Positions 57,328-64,000 of a DNA stretch of 64,000 bases are shown piece by piece (the stretch's first letter is position 1; each line of letters opens with the position of its first letter). This stretch comes from the human T2T-CHM13v2.0 reference genome, Homo sapiens. Both the position numbers and the translations under genes were made by a program. The notes under the pieces were generated by a model that saw only the letters and a list, made by a program, of their open reading frames with translations, ran no database searches and was not told where the DNA came from. The DNA lies in the NCBI RefSeq assembly GCF_009914755.1, contig NC_060945.1, one strand, 5' to 3'.

Positions 57328-58419
57328 TCATAGCTCCATCATCCACAACACCCCTGAAGAGTCCACACATCCACAAGACCCCTGAATAGACCAGGCAGAG
57401 ACAGCACTGGTGTTGCAGACTTCATGCTTTTCGATGTTTCACTGTTTTACTGCCCATACTACCTATTTCGGATCTGCACATTTGTTCTAAGCCTGAATCA
57501 AGCTGATTAGGTTGCTATAAGGTTGAAGGTTTATTAACCTCAGATATCACCTGTGACATTTGACTGGAAGCCAGAAAACAAGGGCTGTGTTCATTAATTG
57601 AGTTACTTTAGACAAGTGACTTAACCTGCTCACTTTTATTGCTTTCTCTGAAAAGTCAAATAATCCCCGACAGACCTGCTTTAAAATCACCTGCAGGAAA
57701 AAATCTCAAAAAAGAATAAGACAATAGATTGCATTTCCATATTTAGAGATATTCCATATGATCGTTTTTACATTCATCAAAGTTTAAACAACAGAAAACA
57801 CCAAGTGGTTCCTCTTCCACTCCTTACAACAGCCGTATACAGGAGACTTTGAAGAAACAAAGTAAACTCATATTCAATGTAGAACTATCCAAATGCAAAG
57901 TTTTCTACTTCAGTTATTGACTTAAACATAACGTCACCTCTAGAAAAGTGTGGGTTGTTTAATTTCTCAAATATAAAGCCCAAATTTGAAAAATTTTCTG
58001 ACAAAAAAATAATCATTTAAGGAAAATGGGAAGAAATAGGAGCATCTGATGTCAAAGGGATATTTTTAGTGAGCCACGTTGGTAAACCAGTCCTGCCAGG
58101 AATGTGGTGCTTCAAAGGAGAGTCCTAGCATTTAGCTCCAGCTCCACACAAAGCCACATCTTCAGCACTTAGTTCAGGAGTAATTACCATCTAACTGGCA
58201 CTGGGGTGGAAGGAGAAGAGAACTATATTCATCTTGTGATTAAATGGCAATTAGCAACTAAGTGCCTTGCAATAATGTGGCACTCGCGACCTCTTCACAG
58301 CAGCTTCCCCTGCCAATACCACCAGCCTTCTGGGTATCAAAGCCCAGTACATCAGGGCTAGGACCCCAGGGAATCCCAAGGCTGACCTGCACACCAGCTA
58401 ACATAGGTTGGGTGGAGGC

Positions 58420-58960
<541 letters not shown>

Positions 58961-59759
58961 AGTCAAAAAAGGCTAATGTTTCCCTAGGCTTCAGTAGCTT
59001 CCCCTCCACAAGCCTGGGATAGATTAACTCTTTTCTGCCAATGCATTGTTTAATGTTAAATATAATATTTAAATGTATTATACTGCTCCAAACAAAAACT
59101 AAACAAAACAAACATCTTTTCAGTCATGAATCCTGGTTCATCCTATTCCCAAGGGTCCACCTTCAGCTGTTCCAAGTTATGAAACAAATAGAAGCAAGTT
59201 TTAGGAAGCCCTGGACAGTAACTATTGCCCAAGAATAAGCCTGTGGATCTGGAACAGAGATTGAGAAGTCCCACCTCTCCAGCAGAAGTAAATGTGGATG
59301 GACCAACGTCATGCCAAAGTGAAGACACACGTGATCAGCTCTTGATGATCTACAACAAGGTAGCCTCTTAGGCTGGCATCTCCTCTTGTCAAAGTGATTG
59401 TGAATTTGATGCACAAACTATTTCCAAAATTAGTTTTAAAACATAAGTAGAGGATAAATCTGTTGCAAACCATAGCGCTTCTTTAAGGCTATTCCTCTGT
59501 AGCAGCAGGTGTCTATTTGCTCTCCCAGTTCTTGCCCGACTTTGCTCTGTGTCACAGAAACCTTCATTCCCCACACTCCTTGCTCTCTGGCTTCTAAGTA
59601 GTTTTGGCCAATAGAAGGCAATGGTAAGACTGGAGAGTCTTACGCTACATAGAACAGGACCCCCAACAGTGCCCACATCTCCTCTGTGAGCTGAGCTCCC
59701 ACCAGAGAGCCCTTCACTCTGGGTTCTCAACTCCAGCCAGGCAGCCCCCACTCTGGGGC

Positions 59760-59975
59760 AGGGCGACCCCACACTGAGCAGTCCCCTAGTTTTGATATCT
59801 CATCCTTCCATTGTTCCTCCAGTCCAAGAGGTGGCAGTAGAATATTCTTATTGTGAATTACTGATTGCCTCGTGGTTCTCTGGTGGTTTCTCAGCTCTTA
59901 CATCACCTGTATAACCAATTCCCTTTATTAAATTCCCTCTGTTTGAAAAGCCTAGGCTGGATTTTTGTTTCCTGA
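59760..59975 (+). mobile_element. ERVL LTR 3' fragment (LTR40/LTR41-like)
   Basis: cacctgtataaccaattccctttattaaattccctctgtttgaaa...tttcctga motif. Confidence 0.5.
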
Positions 59976-60742
59976 AGGGTTGGGGTCTCTAATAAGCCAT
60001 TACTTGTATTTATGTGTCATTCTCCCTCCATGATTTCAGTGTTAAAAGCACTGGAGTAGGAGTCAGGAGTCCTGAGTTCTGGTCCCAGGTCTGCCCCTAA
60101 TTGACTGTGTGACCATAAGCATGCTTCTCTGTGCCTCAGTTTCCTGAGCTGGCTCAAGCACATTCACGGGCAAGCCATTTCACATTAACAGCAGAATCAG
60201 GACAAGGTGATCCAATCTGTTTTGGGGGTGAGGGAAGAACTGCAGGGGGGCTTGGGTCATTGCTGCGTATGTGTTTGTATGTCTTATATGAGCTTGTAAT
60301 TTCCCAGGGAACTCATAGGTACATAATTTCCTCTGTACTCATGATTTTCACCCTAATTTTTCACATTTAGAATTAAAAAGAGTTTAGCACATTAACATTA
60401 CAAAATAAGGACTGCTGAGGCTAATACTATCCCTATTAATACCCCAACCAAATTAGTATAAAAACACTGGATAATAAACATGAAAATATGGTAAATTCAG
60501 GGCCTCAGAAAGTAGATTTGTGTTTTCTTTCTCTTTTCTAAACTAGCAGTTCCAGTATGACTAGTTATGGGCCACACAGGAGCATAGCCATGTAAAATTC
60601 CCAGTGTGCTATCTGTAACCTGATCTTTTTAACTTTTTCTAATAATAATTTTGAATAATTATTATTTGATATTAATGTCCATAACAGTTGTACTATTAGC
60701 CTTTCATTGATTTTAACCCAGAGTTGCAATCAGCACATACTT

Positions 60743-60865
60743 TTTTTTTGGAGATGGGAGCTCACTCTGTTGCCTAGGCTGTTATTGAACTCATGGGTTC
60801 AAGAGATCCTCTTGCCTCAGGCTCCCAAGTAGCTGAGATTATACATATGCACCATCATGCCCAGC
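60743..60865 (-). mobile_element. FLAM / Alu monomer
   Basis: Antisense monomer; TSD tgcaatcagcacatactt (60725-60742) / tgcaatcagtacatactt (60866-60883). Confidence 0.88.
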
Positions 60866-60962
60866 TGCAATCAGTACATACTTAAGTCAGTTATCAATTC
60901 ATGCCCTTTATTGAAAGAACATTTAAACATAAGACTATTTTTATATGCATGGGTCTCGTACA

Positions 60963-60963
<1 letters not shown>

Positions 60964-61001
<38 letters not shown>
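60964..61001. repeat. (CA)n microsatellite
   Basis: Directly visible. Confidence 0.97.
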
Positions 61002-61005
<4 letters not shown>

Positions 61006-61189
61006 TGCGCTCAACTTGGAAAATATTTCTACAATGAAAACTATCATAAATTCTTTCTTCTCAGGCCACATAGTCCTAAAGTTCACCCAAAATATTCTAT
61101 TTTCTTTTAACTCCTCACTGCCTCTTAAAAAAATTGATCTCTTTTATCAAAAGCAAAAGCCAATCCTGAACTATTCACGTGTACCTTCC

Positions 61190-61467
61190 ATGACCACTAT
61201 GGTAGCACCAAACACACGTAGCGACTGGGTACTTGCAATGTGGCTGCTCCAAATAGCATTGTGCCAGAAATGTAAAAAATACACCACAGTTTGCACCCTC
61301 GATGTGAAAAAAGCATAAATTATATCATTAATAATTTTATGTTAATTGCATATTGAAAGTATAATATTTTGGATATGCTGGGATATACTGTTAAAATTAA
61401 TTTCATCTGTCTCTTTTACTACAAAATTTAAAGTTGCATCGCATCACATTTCTACTGGACAGCACTG
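61190..61467. mobile_element. MER33-like hAT MITE
   Basis: atggtagcacc...aatgtggct...ataatattttggatat...tttctactggacagcactg. Confidence 0.7.
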
Positions 61468-62176
61468 ATTCTACAAGTTAAGGAAAGGAAAAGGCACTTC
61501 TACCATTCTCTGCCTTTTTACGAGAATCTTAATGAAGAGGAGCAGTATTGATACATTGATGGGGTGGGGGTGGGGGAATGGCAGAACTTACAGGAAAGAT
61601 GGATGTGCCTGAGTTTTAACTTGCTGATACCCAAATCAAGCTTCGGCCTATAGAGAAAATAACAAAGACCCAATTAATAGTGCTGTACACTGGAAACATT
61701 ATTGTGTTAATAGCGTGTGCTGCCTTCAAATGTCCAAGACAGAAGAGCTTAAAGCATTTTATTCTTATTGACTGAAGGCTGAAGGAAGTAAGGACCTCAG
61801 AATTAAAGTTTCAGAGAATTGAATTGGCCCTTTGCTCCCATATTTGATGATCATTCAAAAAAGTGTACATGTAAAATATGTCTTACAAATATACAGAAGG
61901 CTAAAGCCTTAGTACATTCAGAGGAGAATATCACATATATATTCTACCTCACATCTAAATAATTCCATTCATCATCTCAATCCATGGGCTTGGCATGGAC
62001 CCTGGTACACAGTGTGTACTTAATGTTTGTGGAACTGAACTAAACGCACAACCTAACAAGCTTTACAATTACTGGGACTCGGGATCCAGTCATGCCGTTT
62101 AAAACAAGGAAGCAAAGACGCAGCTCCAGAAATTCAGAAATACAGTTGCAGAAATTTCCAAAAACATGCCAAAGCT

Positions 62177-62487
62177 GGCTGCGCACGGTGGCTTACGCCT
62201 GTAATCCCAGAACTTTGGGAGGCCGAGTCGGGCGGATCACGAGGTCAGGAGATCGAGACCATCTTGGCTAACATGGCAAAAACCTGTCTCTATTAAAAAT
62301 ACAAAAAATTAGCTGGGCATGGTGGTGGGAGCCTGTAGTCCCAGCTACTCAGGAGGCTGAGGCAGGAGAATGGCAAGAACCTGGGAGGCGGAGCTTGCAG
62401 TGAGCGGAGCTTGCAGTGAGCAGAGATCGCGGCACAGAACTCTAGCCTGGGTGACAGAGCAAGACTCCGTCTCAAAAAAAAAAAAAA
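62177..62487 (+). mobile_element. AluY
   Basis: ggatcacgaggtcaggagatcgagaccatc, gagaatggc, gagcttgcagtgagc; TSD atgccaaagct at 62166-62176 and 62488-62498. Confidence 0.93.
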
Positions 62488-63216
62488 ATGCCAAAGCTAT
62501 TAAAAGGATGGAAAGCTGAATCAAACATATTTGGAGAGCCACAGAGTGCCACAATGCCTTTCTAATAACTAATTAGGACCTTGCTTTTCTGCAGGGTGGT
62601 ATAATAACCATTTGGCTAGTACTTTCAGGGGGAAAACGTCTCTTCACCACCACAGTCTGTATTCCTTTGCGTTCTTTTGTCTAGGCATTTTACACTTACA
62701 AATATATATATACACATATTTAAAGAGTGTATTCTTTTTTCCTTGAATGAATCATGTGGGCACTAGGGTGGACCTCCAGGGATTTTGGGTGGATGAGACC
62801 AATACAGGAATTGCTAATGTGGTTTCTATTGAATGTGATGGATTCATTAGGTAGAATCATTTGCTAAACCAGGAGTACTACATTTTTACTCCATTCATCT
62901 TTGTCTTTTGGATTCCAGGGGGTGACTCTGCCGACAGTGCCACTACGAGCTGAATGAGCAGCCTTGCTTGAAGAAGGTGGCTTCAGGAACAAATGTTGAT
63001 ATTCCTTGACTCTTGTGAGCTCCTACATTTCAGCCCTGGCCCCTCACCTTGAAGTTACTCTGAAGCTACGCTTCACACGTGTGCTCTCATTTTCTCAGAG
63101 AATTAAAGGGATGAACTCCAAGGCTTTGGAAGTTTCATCTTCTCCCTGTCACATAGTATGTAACCTGGATGCAACCATCATGGTCTTTAAAAATCCCAGG
63201 GGCTGTTATTTATCAG

Positions 63217-63722
63217 GTGTACTAAGCTGAATAGCGACCTCCAAAAGGATATGTTTATTTCCAAACCCCTCAGGACCTGTGACTGTGGCCTTATTTGAGA
63301 AAAGCATTTTTGCACATAATTAAGGATTTCAAGATGAGATCATCCCGGATTTAGGATGGGCCCTAAATCTAACGACGGGTGTCCTTATAGGGGAAAGACA
63401 GAGGGAGTTTTGACACTGCTATGGTTTGGATATGGTTTGTCTCCATGGAAACTCATGTTGAAACTTGATTCCCAATGTGGCAGTGTTGGGAGGTGGGGCC
63501 TAGTGGGCACATCTGGGTCCCCTTCCCACACACCAAATTCCCCTTTGACTTCCACCATGTTATGGTGAAGCTCAAAAGCCCTCACCGGAAGCTGAACAGA
63601 TGTCAGAGCCATTCTTTGAACTTCACAGCCTGCAGAACCATGAGCTAAATTAACCTTCTTTCTTTAAAAGTTTCCCAGTCTTAGGTATTCAGTTAATAGC
63701 AACACAAAATGGATTAAAAACA
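63217..63722 (+). mobile_element. MLT1 LTR fragment followed by MST-type LTR (63417-63722)
   Basis: taattaaggatttcaagatgagatcatcccggattt...; tgctatggtttggatatggtttgt...agcaacacaaaatggatt. Confidence 0.75.
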
Positions 63723-64000
63723 GAAGCTCAGTTCCTTTTCAAGTAGGACCAGAAAAGTTGTCTAGTATAATTCTAACATAGCTCTGGAATCCGGTTCCCA
63801 CCTCCATCCCTCCAAATACACACACATTCACGCACGCTCCTTGTCTGTACCCATGAACCTCTAGGGAGTTCACCTCCTCCTACAATGGCATCCACCTATG
63901 GGCTCCCCTGCGAGTCTTTGGAGAGCAAGAACTGTGTTCTCAACCTCCAAGTGGTCCCAGCACCAAGGGCCATATCCAGCACACACAGGGGCTTAATACA

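Noticed and set aside
57340-57393. 28-bp degenerate tandem duplication
   Set aside because: Real but ordinary slippage with no further signal.
61561-61581. G-quadruplex candidate ggggtgggggtgggggaatgg
   Set aside because: Only three runs of three or more G; weak.

Overview
Repeat-rich, low-CpG primate (most likely human) non-coding DNA. No intact protein-coding gene is supported. The only ORF with real protein homology (6756-7028, -) is a processed EZH2 retrocopy covering the C-terminal SET domain and 3'UTR. From memory this fits EZH2P1 on 21q22, far upstream of RUNX1; I have not verified that. The rest is Alu, L1, L2, MIR, ERV/MaLR LTRs, DNA transposons and microsatellites, with families assigned by eye from remembered consensus sequences. 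Two themes are not explained by repeat annotation. (1) L1-mobilised unusual cargo with clear target-site duplications (TSDs): a twin-primed, strand-split EZH2 retrocopy carrying the equivalent of the Weaver-syndrome R684C change, a tailless 5S rRNA fragment, and a polyadenylated, U5-less LTR8 retrocopy. (2) At least four locally templated duplications (about 86-93% identity). These include a ~480-bp inverted pair bracketing the EZH2 retrocopy and a 138-bp inverted copy of a neighbouring MER3 that includes its flank. I see no evidence for a new gene system; these are structural and evolutionary signals that need comparative-genomic checks.
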